From: Mustelus asterias | Lineage: Eukaryota | Length of the DNA: 64,000 bases | Direction of reading: 5' to 3' | NCBI RefSeq assembly: GCF_964213995.1 | Contig: NW_027590264.1 | Coordinates: forward strand, 372,001-436,000 | Part shown: one piece after another, positions 8,740 through 18,870 of the stretch | Position numbering within the stretch: the first letter of the stretch is position 1 | Layout: every line of letters begins with the position of its first letter | The notes under the pieces: model-generated | The model's database searches: none | What the model was told of the DNA's origin: nothing | What the model saw: the letters and a program-made list of their open reading frames with translations, nothing else | Program-made: the position numbers and the translations under genes

Positions 8740-9370
8740 CGAGGGAATAGCCGCTCCACATCCACACCGTTAATACCCCTTATGGTTTTAAAGGTTTCAA
8801 TGAAGTTATCTCTCAGTCTTCGAAACTCAAGTGGATACAAACCCAACATCAATATTCTTACCGCGGATACAGATAACCCGCACGTACCTGGATACTATTA
8901 TAGCAAACCTTCTCTGAACGTTTTTTAACGCATTACCAGCTTTCTTTAGATAAGGAGATACGTATTGTCCGCAATACTCCAGGTGTGGTCTCACCAATGC
9001 CCCGTACAACGGAAACATACCCTTCCTATTTTATAATAGATTCCCTCGCAGTAAATGATCATATCTTATGACGTTTTTAATTAATTACTATACCTGTACC
9101 TTAGCCCCTTTCGATTCGTGCCCTAGGACAGCCCAATCCCTCTGTACCTCAGAATTTTGTAATCTTTCACCGTTTAAATATTAAGTGTATTTTATATTCA
9201 TCCTGCCAATATGGACATTTTCACATTTGACCACATTATACTCAATTTGGCGGAGCTTTGCCAATTCACTTAACCTATTTATGTTTCTTTATCGTATCTT
9301 CACACGCACTTCATCATTTATCGTCCTACCTATCTTTGTGTTGTCTGCAAATTTAGCATCCATATCTGCT
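8740..9370 (-). mobile_element. Old CR1 LINE ORF2 fragment
   Basis: LYGALVRPHLEYC..SPYLKK and LGLYPLEFRRLRDNFIETFK motifs. Confidence 0.85.
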
Positions 9371-9560
9371 CTGTAAATATTACAGTGTATTCTAACAATT
9401 AATGCAGTTCTCTTAGATTTCTGCTCTGTAACATATCACTGTGTATTCCAACAATTAAAGCAGAGTTCTCCTGCATTACTGCTCTCTATCCTTTAACCGT
9501 GTAATTGAACAATTCATCCTGTTCTCTTGGATTGTGGCTCCCCAACACATCAATGTGTTA
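9361..9560. repeat. Degenerate ~56-bp tandem repeat (4 units), each RSS-like
   Basis: Units start at 9361, 9416, 9474 and 9530. Unit 2 reads GATTTCTGC-12 nt-CACTGTG. Confidence 0.65.
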
Positions 9561-9606
9561 TGGAACCTGCTCCTGAAACAGTGAACACAAAAACACGGTG
9601 AGGGAT

Positions 9607-9619
9607 CGCCCTCTGGTGG
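9607..9619 (-). promoter_or_regulatory. CTCF motif
   Basis: Minus strand CCACCAGAGGGCG, a near-consensus core. Confidence 0.65.
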
Positions 9620-10639
9620 TGATGTGAGGTAAATGGGAGATCAGTGAATTCTCAGATTACTGGAAGATCTTGTTGCAGGATTTTGCTGCTGTATTTTTTC
9701 TTGTTCTCATGATTCTTATTATAATATACTTAAATTCAGGTGGACTCATGCACGGAACTAATACGAACTTCAGTCTGAATCCTCATCAATTAATTGCTTT
9801 ATCTGTTTTGAATGTTCCAGGCCTTTCTGTTAAACTATATTCGTGTTACAAAATTTGAAACCACAGCAATACTGCTAAGATTCGATCTCTTATTAAAGTT
9901 CTCTCCACACATCGAAAGGATGTAAATTTGACTCCTACCTCACATTTATCTGACAGATTGTCGGATTTCAGTGCATCTGCTTCAAGTTTAAACTTTCCTC
10001 AGAGTTGTCATGATGATATTTTGGCTAACACATCAGCTGTCCCCTAATGGGGCTTGGAGAATTTATTGAAATAGGAGACTGGGAGAAATTGCAGGTTCTA
10101 AATTCTGCACGTTCCTGGAAAACGGTTGAGGGAGAGAGGGGCTTTGAGACACAGAGAGAGGAGACAGACATTAGCCGCCAAAATATTGAGAGTGCAGGAT
10201 GGACACCGAGGTGAACAGAGACCCAGAGGCGCAGAGAAAGACAGGCAGGGGCAGGTAAAGTTATTGGGCTACAACCAATGTTGTTCGGTGGCCAATTCTT
10301 GACAACACTGAGCAACAAGCCAATCCTGTCATTGGGTAACGCCTCTTAGTCTCCCAATAAATGAGGACTGCCCATGATATAAAATTACTTCTTCACATCA
10401 GAGTACAAGAGTTGACATAATTTTACAATTCTGCTGATTTTGTGGAATTCTTAAGCTGGAAGCATGTTCTCCCAATGTTCTTCACTGCTTTGTCTAGGAA
10501 ACAATGACTGAACACAGGGGGTGAATGTGAGAAGCTGAAGTTTCCACTTGAAGACATTCCCAGTGTCTCTGAGCAGCTGAACTGGGGAAGCCTTTGGGCA
10601 GAGACTGTGCTGCTGCTATTGCCCTTCCTGGCCACCAGG

Positions 10640-10960
10640 CGTCGCTGTAACGCTCCCGGGGGGGGGGCTGCTCCTCCCCAGTGTCACCTCTTGCCCACTC
10701 CGGCCCGGCCCATGCTCGTTGGCGGGACAACAGGGGGGGTCAGTCGAGGGGGAAGGGCTGCCTGTGCGCATGTGCGGGACGGGAATGCTCCCAGAGGTCA
10801 GCGCGCGGGACGCCGCCGCATCGATGCCGTCTCCCCTGGCAACGCAAGATGGTCGCCGCCGCCGTCTCCCTTGGCAACGGAATATGGCCGCTGGCCGTCT
10901 CCCTTGGCAACGCAAGATGGCCGCCGGCGGTGGGTGTCATTGCGGCGCACGCGCAGTGAG
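10640..10960. promoter_or_regulatory. CpG-island promoter with three X-box/YY1-like repeats and NRF1-like sites (copy A)
   Basis: CpG-rich. GTCTCCC(C/T)TGGCAAC at 10829, 10864 and 10897, each followed by (CAAG/GAAT)ATGG(C/T)CGC. TGCGCATGTGC and GCGCACGCGCA flank the cluster. Confidence 0.7.
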
Positions 10961-11065
10961 GTCTGTCTGCAGCCATTGTCCAGATTGCCCCCAGTGGATG
11001 GGGTTGGGATTGTGCAGCAGATGGAGCAACAATCCCAGTTTCAATAGGGGGACAGAAGCTGCAAT

Positions 11066-11080
11066 GCTGCCCCCTGGTGG
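11066..11080 (-). promoter_or_regulatory. CTCF motif
   Basis: Minus strand CCACCAGGGGGCAGC matches the consensus. The paralog near 38228-38242 is altered to CCAACAGGGGGCAGC. Confidence 0.7.
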
Positions 11081-11159
11081 TCACTTCTCCCAGTCTCAGC
11101 ATTGCAGAGTGTTTAAACAAGAGTGCATTGTCACAGCAGCACCTTGACCTTCAGTTTCA

Positions 11160-11361
11160 GTTTATTTATTAGTCTCAGAAGTAGGCTTACATTAACACTA
11201 CAATGAAGTTACTGTGAGAATCCCCTAGTCGCCCACACTCCGGCGCCTGTTCGGGTTACACTGAGGGGGAATTTAGCACGGCCAACGCACCCTAACCGGC
11301 ACATCTTTCAGACTGTGGGAGGAAACCGGAGCACCCGGAGGAAACCCACGCAGACACGGGG
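11160..11361 (-). mobile_element. SINE, 5'-truncated, alternative-tail subfamily (copy at ~38322-38524)
   Basis: SINE body followed by the tail ...TCACAGTAACTTCATTGTAGTGTTAATGTAAGCCTACTT..TAATAAATAAAC. Confidence 0.75.
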
Positions 11362-11581
11362 ACGGGACAGCCCGGGGGAAAGCTCCATTCCAACTGTCCC
11401 TGGAGTGTCAGATTAACCTGGGTCACTCACGCACCCCCCCGGCTAAGACTCACCTCCCTCAGACAGTGAGACCCTCCTGTATCACTCACCTTACTGTAGT
11501 CAGATACCCTCAGACTCAGCACTGGGCCCTGGGCGTGTTCTTTAAATGCTGCGACCTATCGTGGAGGAAAGAATTGGGAGG

Positions 11582-12560
11582 ATTTTGATTTGATTTATTA
11601 TTGTCACATATATTGGGATACAGTGAAAAGTATTGTTTCAAAGAAATCATAGAAACCCTACAGTGCAGAAGGAGGCCATTCGGCCCATCGAGTCTGCACC
11701 GACCACAGCCCCACCCAGGCCCTACCCCCACATATTTACTTGCTAATCCCTCTAACCTACGCATCTCAGGACTCGAAGGAGCAATTTTTTAACCTGGCCA
11801 ATCAACCTAACTCGCACATCTTTGGACTGTGGGAGGAAACCGGAGCACCCGGAGGAAACCCACGCAGACACGAGGAGAATGTGCAAACTCCACACAGACA
11901 GTGACCCGCGCCAGGAATCGAACCCGGGACCCTGGAGCTGTGAAGCAGCAGTGCTAACCACTGTGCTACCGTGCCGCCGTTTCTTGTATGCTGTACAGAC
12001 AAAACATACCGTTCATAGAGTACATCGGGGAGAAGTAAAAGAGAGGGTGCAGAATGTAGTGTTGCAGTCATAGGGAGGGTGTAGAGAAAGATAAATCTAA
12101 TATGTAGCAGGTCCATTCAAAAGTCTGAGGGCAGCAGGGAAGTTCTTGAGTCGGTTGGTACGTGATCTCAGACTTTGTACCTTTTTCCTGACGGAAGAAG
12201 GTGGAAGAGAGAATGTGTGCATGAGGTCCTTAATTATGCTGGCTGCTTTTCTAAGGCGGCGGGAAGTGTAGACAGAGTCAATGAATGGGAGGCTCGTCTG
12301 CGTGATGGACGGGGCTACATTCACGACCTTTTGTAATTTCTTGCAGTCTTGGACAGAGCAGAAACCAGACCAAGCCGTGATACAGAAAGGATGCTTTCTA
12401 TGGTGCATCTGTAGAAGTTGGTGAGAGTCGTAGCTGACATTCCAAATTTCCTTAGCCTCCTGAGAAAGTAGACGTGTTGGTGGGCTTTCTCAATTATAGT
12501 GTCGGCATGGGGGGGACCAGGACAGGTTGTTGGTGATCTGGACACCTAGAAACCTGAAGT
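11582..12560 (-). mobile_element. Rex1/Babar-type LINE 3' fragment (copy at ~38744-39380)
   Basis: KAHQHVYFLRRLRKFGMSATTLTNFYRCTIESILS..CITAW..DCKKLQKVV..KAASIIKD..RTNRLKN motifs, plus a (ATCAA)n tail. Confidence 0.8.
11640..11978 (-). mobile_element. Young full-length HE1-like SINE, present only in unit A
   Basis: Flanked by GTTTC direct repeats. The empty site GTATTGTTTCTTGTATGC is present in unit B near 38800. Confidence 0.9.
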
Positions 12561-12579
12561 TGAGACCCAAATGACAAGT

Positions 12580-12920
12580 TGTCATAGTGTCACAGATGTT
12601 TACAGCATGGAAACAGGCCCTTTGGCCGAACTTGTCATGCTGCCCTTTTTCTTTTAACCCCTAAGCTGGTCCCAATTCCCCACATTTGACCCATATCCCT
12701 CTACATCTATCTTACCTATGTAACTGTCTAAATGCTTTTTAAAAGATAAAATTGTGTCCATCTCTACTACTACCTCTGGCAGCTTGTTCCAGACGCTCAT
12801 CACTCTCTGTGTGAAAAGATTGCCCCTCTGGACACTTTTGTATGTCTCCCCTCTCAACTTAAACCCATGCCCTCGGGTTTTAGACTCCCCTACCTTTGGG
12901 AAAAGATATTGACTATCTAT
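12580..12920 (-). mobile_element. CR1 3' fragment (copy at ~39403-39742)
   Basis: FTQRVMSVWNKLPEVVVE..FKKHLD motif. Confidence 0.85.
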
Positions 12921-13974
12921 TGTGTGTCAACCATAGAATAGCCACAGAATGAAGGAGGCCATTCAGCCCATTCAGCTGGTGTTGACTCTCTGCTAGAGCA
13001 ATCGAGCCAGTCCCACTGCTCCACCTTGTCCCTGGAGCCCTGCAAATCTTTTCCCATCAGCTTCCCATCCCATTTCCTCCGGAAAGACAGCGAGGAGCAG
13101 AGAGGAAAGAGGGACTTGGGGAATGGGAGGTTTCATCTGATGTTCTTGTTGGCAGATGCTCTGTGGCGGATAAAGCTGGCAGCCTCCTCCAGAAAGCAGC
13201 ACAGAGTGAATGGAAGGGGCAGAATGTGAGTGAGATGAGACACGAGAGAGAGAGAGAGAGAGAGAGAGGTGAAAGCTTTCTGTTTGTCAGCAAAAAGCAC
13301 AATGGTGGCCCTGTGTCCTTCAGGGAGCGGCCCAGGCCTCGCTCAAAGCCTGCCCTGTCCTCACACTCACTGGGAGACGGCCATTTCTAACATGTTGTCC
13401 ATGCTTCTGAGCTGACACTGAGACAAACACAACAACAGCAGCCACTATCCGGACAAGTCCTCACGGAGAATGAAATGTCCAAAGCCACTTCAAAGGAAGA
13501 TTGCGTGGCAGGATTTGTCCCCGAGCTGCGGAGGGAGAGATTTGGATGGATGACCAGAAGCTGGGTCAGTGAGGTTGTGTTTTAGCAATGGAGGTCCAGA
13601 GAACAGAAAAGGCCCTTCGGCCCATTGCATCTGTGCCGGTCAAAGACAAACCACCCAACTTGGCTCACGGCCTGGTAAGCCTTGGCATTGCAAATGCATA
13701 GCTAAGCACTTCTTAAACGTTCTGAGGGTCTCTGCCTCCACCACCCTTTCAGGCAGAGAGTTCCAGACTCCCACCACCCTCTGGGTGAAAAAGGTTTTCC
13801 TCACATCCCCTGTAAACCTCCTGCCCCTTACCCTAAATCTATACCCCCTGGTCATTGATCCCACCACCAAGGGGAAAGCTTTCTTCCCGTCTACTCTATC
13901 GATGTCCCTCATAATCTTATCCATCTCCATCATGTTCCCCCTCAGCCTCCTCTGCTCCACGGAAAACAACCCCA

Positions 13975-14109
13975 GGGTGGAATCTTATCACTGTTCAGGC
14001 CGGCAGGATTTTCCCATCCCACTGCAGTGAAAGGAGATTTGGCAAGTCACCAGATTCTCCGACCTCGCTGAGCGGGAGTGTGGCGTCAACAGGTGGTAAG
14101 ATCACACCC
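13975..14109. mobile_element. MITE-like element with imperfect terminal inverted repeats (copy at ~40789-40923)
   Basis: GGGTGGAATCTTATCACTGTT ... AACAGGTGGTAAGATCACACCC, ~135 bp, interrupting a CR1. Confidence 0.6.
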
Positions 14110-14140
14110 TCAGTCTATAAAATCTCTCTTCAGTTCGAGT

Positions 14141-14434
14141 GGCGGCACGGTAGCACAGTGGTTAGCACTGCTGCCTCACAGCGCCAGGGACCCGGGTTCA
14201 ATTCCGGCCTCGGGTTACTGTCTGTGTGGAGTTTGCACATTCTCCCCATGTCTGCGTGGGTTTCCCCCGGGTGCATTGTCCATGCAAAATTGCCCTGAGG
14301 GTCCCACGATGTATAGGTTAGGGGGATTAGCGGGAACATACGTGGGGTTACGGGGTAAGCCTGGGTTAGAGTCCGTGCAGATTTGATGGGTCGAATGGCC
14401 TCATTCTGGACTGTAGGGATTCTATGATTCTATG
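14141..14434 (+). mobile_element. HE1-like SINE (copy at ~40955-41248)
   Basis: tRNA head and (TTCTATGA)n tail. Confidence 0.85.
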
Positions 14435-14547
14435 AACTAAAACTCTCCAGGCCAGGCAACATCCTGGTGAATCTCCTCTGCACCTTTTCCAGTGCTATCA
14501 CATCCCTCCTATCCTGTGCATTCCACAACTGCACAATTTTTCGATGA

Positions 14548-14847
14548 GGGGCAGCACAGTGGTTAACACTGCTGCCTCACAGCGCCAGGGACCCGGGTTT
14601 GATTCCTGGCTTGGGTCACTGTCAGTGTGGAGTTTGTACATTCTCCCCGTGTCTGCGTGGGTTTCCACCGGGTGCTGCGGTTTCCTCCCACAGTTCGAAA
14701 GACGCGCTGGTTAGGTGTATCAGCCATGCTAAATTCTCCCCAAGTTGCCCAAACAGGCGCCAGAGCATGGCGACTACGGATTTTCCACAGTAACTTCATT
14801 GCAGTGTTAATGTAACCCTACTTGTGACACTAATAAATAAACTTTTA
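14548..14847 (+). mobile_element. SINE, alternative-tail subfamily (copy at ~41362-41661)
   Basis: tRNA head, tail ending CTTGTGACACTAATAAATAAAC. Confidence 0.85.
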
Positions 14848-15874
14848 AACCTGATACTCGATTCCCCCATGTTGGCCTTGTTCTGTGATCATTAATGCGG
14901 ATGTTTAGATTATTCAATAGTTCTTTGAGGACAGCAGACACAGGGGAAAAAAAACATGTGACTCTGTACACAACAGATATATTTCAAGGGGATATTGCAG
15001 CCAGCTGTATCTGAGTGGCAGTAATCTTCCCTCAGAATCAGACAGATTGTGGGTTCAGCTCAGAGCCTCAAATACTAGGCCCTTAGCATCGATCAGAGCC
15101 TCCGCGCACAGCATGATGGGAGAGCGGACAAAGGAAAGTGGTGTTGAATTTGTGAGCCTTGTTTTGTGGAAAGCTTTAGTGTTTGGTCAGAATGTTAATT
15201 TTTGAGTGGACCTACCATACATTAAGCTGATCTTTCTCTATACCCTATCGGCAACACTGTATTCTGCACCCTCTCCTCTCCTTCTCCCGAATGGACTCTA
15301 TGAACGGTATGTTTTGTCTGTGTAGCGTGCAAGAAACAAAACTTTTCACTGTGTCCCAATACATGGGATAGGGCTACATGGTGGACAGTGTTTAGCACTG
15401 CTGCCTCACAGCACCAGGAACCCGGGTTCAATTCTCGTTTGGGAGTTGAGTTTGCACATTCTCCCTGTGTCTGCGTGGGTTCCCTCCGGGTGCCCCGGTT
15501 TCCTTCCACAGTCCAAAGATGTGCAGATTAGGTGGAATCCGAGACGCTACAGAAGCAGGGTAAAGATTTGAAAATGAAGTGTTTCTTACCCACTTTTAAA
15601 AGACAATCCACATTCGCACCAGTCACATTTCACACACTCTGCTCAGTCCTGTGTTGGGGGGGGTGTTTAGTGCGGGATCAGTGTCCGCTTTTCTCAAACC
15701 GCAGTGATATTCCCAACAAGGGCACGAGGTTTCAGTGTTTAAACATGTAAAGATTACAAAACTAAACCAGACAGAAAGTGATGAGGCCTCACACCTTCAA
15801 TGTAGTAATCTTCGCTCAGAGTCAGAGAGATTGTGGGTTCAGGTCAGAGCCTGAAATACTAGGCCCTTAGCATC

Positions 15875-16480
15875 GAGACACACAGAGACAGAGAAACACA
15901 GAGACAGAGACAGATACAGAGAAATGCAGAGACAGAGAGACACACACAGATACATAGAGAGATATACACACAGAGGCAGAGAGAGAGACACAGATCCAGA
16001 GAAGTACAGAGACAGAGAGACACACAGATACAGAGAAATAGAGACAGAGAGAAACAAAGAGAGAGACACAAACACAGAGACAGAGTGAAATATACAAATA
16101 TACAGAGAGAGACACAGATACAGAGAAATACAGAGACAGATACACAGAGAGATAGAGACACAGAGAGATAGAGACACAGAGAGACACATAGATACACAGA
16201 GAGATAGAAACAGAGAGACACACAGACACACAGAGAGATAGAGACACAGAGAGACACACAGATACACAGAGAGATAGAGACAGAGAGACACACAGACACA
16301 CAGAGAGATAGAGACAGAGAGACACACAGATACACAGCGAGATAGAAACAGAGAGACACACAGATACACAGAGAGATAGAGACACAGAGAGACGCACAGA
16401 TACACAGAGAGACGCACAGATACACAGAGAGATAGAGACAGAGAGACACACACATAAACACACCAACAGAGAAATACAGA
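15875..16480. repeat. Complex (GA/CA)-rich microsatellite (copy at ~45763-46470)
   Basis: Degenerate GAGACACAGA/GATACACAGA repeats. The two copies differ in length. Confidence 0.95.
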
Positions 16481-16499
16481 AAGAGAGTTTGGCAAAGTC

Positions 16500-16987
16500 A
16501 GATTTTATTTTCCATTCAATATTTATTTACAAATTCAGAGAATATTTGACAGGAAAATTGATTTTAAAGTTAACAAAAGTGAATCTGACCTTTGAGCTTC
16601 ACAATGAGATCAGAACCCCCCCGCTCTGAACTGCCCAATATCTGTACAGCTGTACCAGACACCAGAAAGAGAAAACCAGAGCTCAACATCACGGGAAATG
16701 AACAATTGTGAATAAGGAACGAGAAAAGTTATTAATTTATACCTGAGATTTAAACTACAGGAAAACTATGAACTACAATTACAGAACAACAAAAGTTACC
16801 GTATACATTTCACACTGAAAACTGAACTACCGCCCACAATTGTCTCAGTGACAGATTCAGAATGATAAACTGAGAGAATTTCACTGTTGGAGTCACCGAC
16901 AGCAGATATTGTATTTGTGCCAATCAGGAATCTTAATAATCAGCTGAGGGAAATCTACACCGTCCAAAATTCAACCCATCACTTGAT
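16500..16987 (-). other. Candidate 3'-terminal exon of an unidentified minus-strand gene (copy at ~46490-46982)
   Basis: Strong acceptor TCTTTCTTTTACAG|ATCAAGTGA. AATAAA at 16527-16522 and 16509-16504 is followed by GT-rich sequence. Confidence 0.45.
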
Positions 16988-17299
16988 CTGTAAAAGAAAG
17001 ATACAATAATGAAGCAGATGTTTATGATGCGGGACATTAATGTTAGAGTTTTTAATCAATGAATCATTTAGAGATTTTTCAAATCCCTTCTGTCAGTTTG
17101 ACAATCCACTCTGACACCAGTCACATTTCACACTCTCTGCTCAGTCCTGTGTTGGGGGGGGGCGGGGTGTTTAGTGTGGGATCAGTGTTTGCTTTTACTC
17201 AAACCGCAGTGATATTCCCAACAAGGGCAAGAGGTTTCAGTGTTTAAAAATGTAAAGATTTCAGAACAAAACCAGACAGAGAGTGATGAGGCCTCACAC

Positions 17300-17381
17300 C
17301 TTCAATGTAGTGATTCCCCCAATCTTTCCTTTTGTATATTGTTTCCTTCCTCTGTCTGAAGTATTGGAGACGTCGACATCA
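17300..17381 (-). other. Candidate internal exon (copy at ~47287-47368)
   Basis: TTGTTTCAG| ... AAG|GTGTGA. One open frame, DVDVSNTSDRGRKQYTKGKIGGITTLK, would splice to IK* in the terminal exon. Confidence 0.35.
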
Positions 17382-18164
17382 CTGAAACAATACAATCTCT
17401 CGGGACAATCACTGTAAACAGCTTCTGGAAACAAATTAACACTTTAATCACCCAAAAAGCTGAATGTCCATTCAAACACCTCCCTCCCCATATCCTTGTA
17501 AATGCAAAGATAACTGCCATTTCCCCAAAGCAGGAAGATGTGAAATGGAAACATCTTCAGCTTTTTACACACTGCACTTTTCCACGGACCAAAATGTTTC
17601 AAAACATTTGCTGAAGTTTTGTTTTAAACTCTTTATCAATGTCCTTCCAGGTTTAGTGTGAAGGTTTGTGTTCCACACTGAGCCCCTCTCAGTCTCCACA
17701 CGGAGCTTGTGTGTGTTGCTGATGCTCCTGTCATTTTGGATGGATACTGTGTGAAGCTGCATTCTCTCCCAGTGAGTTTCTGATGTACTTCACTCTCTCT
17801 GCGGCTGGAGCAATGTCCAGCAGGCAGCAGAGGATGGCAGTGTATCACAGTCAGCACAATATAGACAAACAGCCTTTAGCAAGAGAGGCTTTGACCCTTT
17901 TTCAAACCAAATCCCCAATTTGATGTTTCCAGCTGCGCTGTTTACAATGCTGCTGAATATTGTGTGTCTTTGGTAAACTGGGATGTGTAGCATTCAGTCA
18001 CATTAAGTGGTCAATAAATACGTCCACACTGTGTATATCTTTCTGTGTGTGTCTGTCAGCGTGCATGTGTGTCAATGTATTTAAATCTCAAAGGAAAATA
18101 GGAGCAGGTGTAGGCCATTTGGCCCATCGATCCTGCGCCAGCATTCAAACAGATCATGGTGCAC

Positions 18165-18870
18165 GTACGCACACAAAACACGCACACACCAACACACACA
18201 AAACACGCACACACACAAAACACGCACACACACAAAGCACGCACACACCAACACACACAAAACACGCACACACACAAAGCACGCACACACAAACACACAT
18301 AAAACATGCACAAAAAGCACACACACACACACACAATAAACACACACACACAAACACACAGAAACACACACACACACATCAAACACACAGTTAGCACTGC
18401 TGCCTCACAGTGCCAGGGACTCGGGTTCGGTTTCCGCCTTGGGTCACTGTCTGTGCGGAGTTTGCACGTTCTCCCCGTGTCTGTGTGGGTTTCCTCCGGG
18501 TGCTCCGGTTTCCTCCCACAGTCTGAAAGACGTGCTGGTTAGGGTGCATTGGCCGTGCTAAATTGTCCCTCCGCGTCAGGGAGACTAGCTCGGGTAAATG
18601 CATGGGGTAATGGGGATAGGGCCTGGGTGGGATTGTGGTCGGTGCAGACTCAATGGGCCAAATGGCCTCCTTCTGCACTGTAGGAGTCCAGGATTCTATG
18701 AAAACACACAGAAACAGATATTCTCACCCAGTAACACTCACACGCACACAGTAATAAACACACACGGAAACATGTATACGCACACACACGCACACACACA
18801 CACACAAACAAACACACAAACACACACACACACAAACAAACACACAAACACAAACACACACACACAGATT
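18165..18870. repeat. CA-rich microsatellite with embedded 5'-truncated SINE (18389-18700)
   Basis: (CA)n/(CAAA) tracts flank a SINE body. Copies at ~42655-43310 and ~48150-48740. Confidence 0.85.

Larger units (their letters stand above)
13595..14540 (-). mobile_element. CR1 fragment with nested MITE and SINE (copy at ~40410-41355)
   Basis: FSVEQRRLRG..FFTQRVVGVWNSLP motif. The CR1 sequence resumes after each insertion. Confidence 0.8.

Noticed and set aside
9587-9595. ACAAAAACA as the nonamer of a + strand RSS
   Set aside because: No CAC-starting heptamer lies 12 or 23 nt upstream.
10607-11147. Overlapping GC-rich ORFs in the CpG island
   Set aside because: Stop-poor GC-rich sequence. 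The frames differ between the two duplicate copies because of indels.
13150-13570. Possible + strand exons downstream of the CpG island
   Set aside because: Splice-like sites exist, but stops occur in the frames examined and no protein is recognisable. Not supportable without transcript data.
15839-16495. Long Cys/Val/Ser/Leu- or His/Thr-rich ORFs here and at 45.7-46.5 kb and 59.6-62.9 kb
   Set aside because: They are translations of dinucleotide microsatellites and N gaps, open in several frames.
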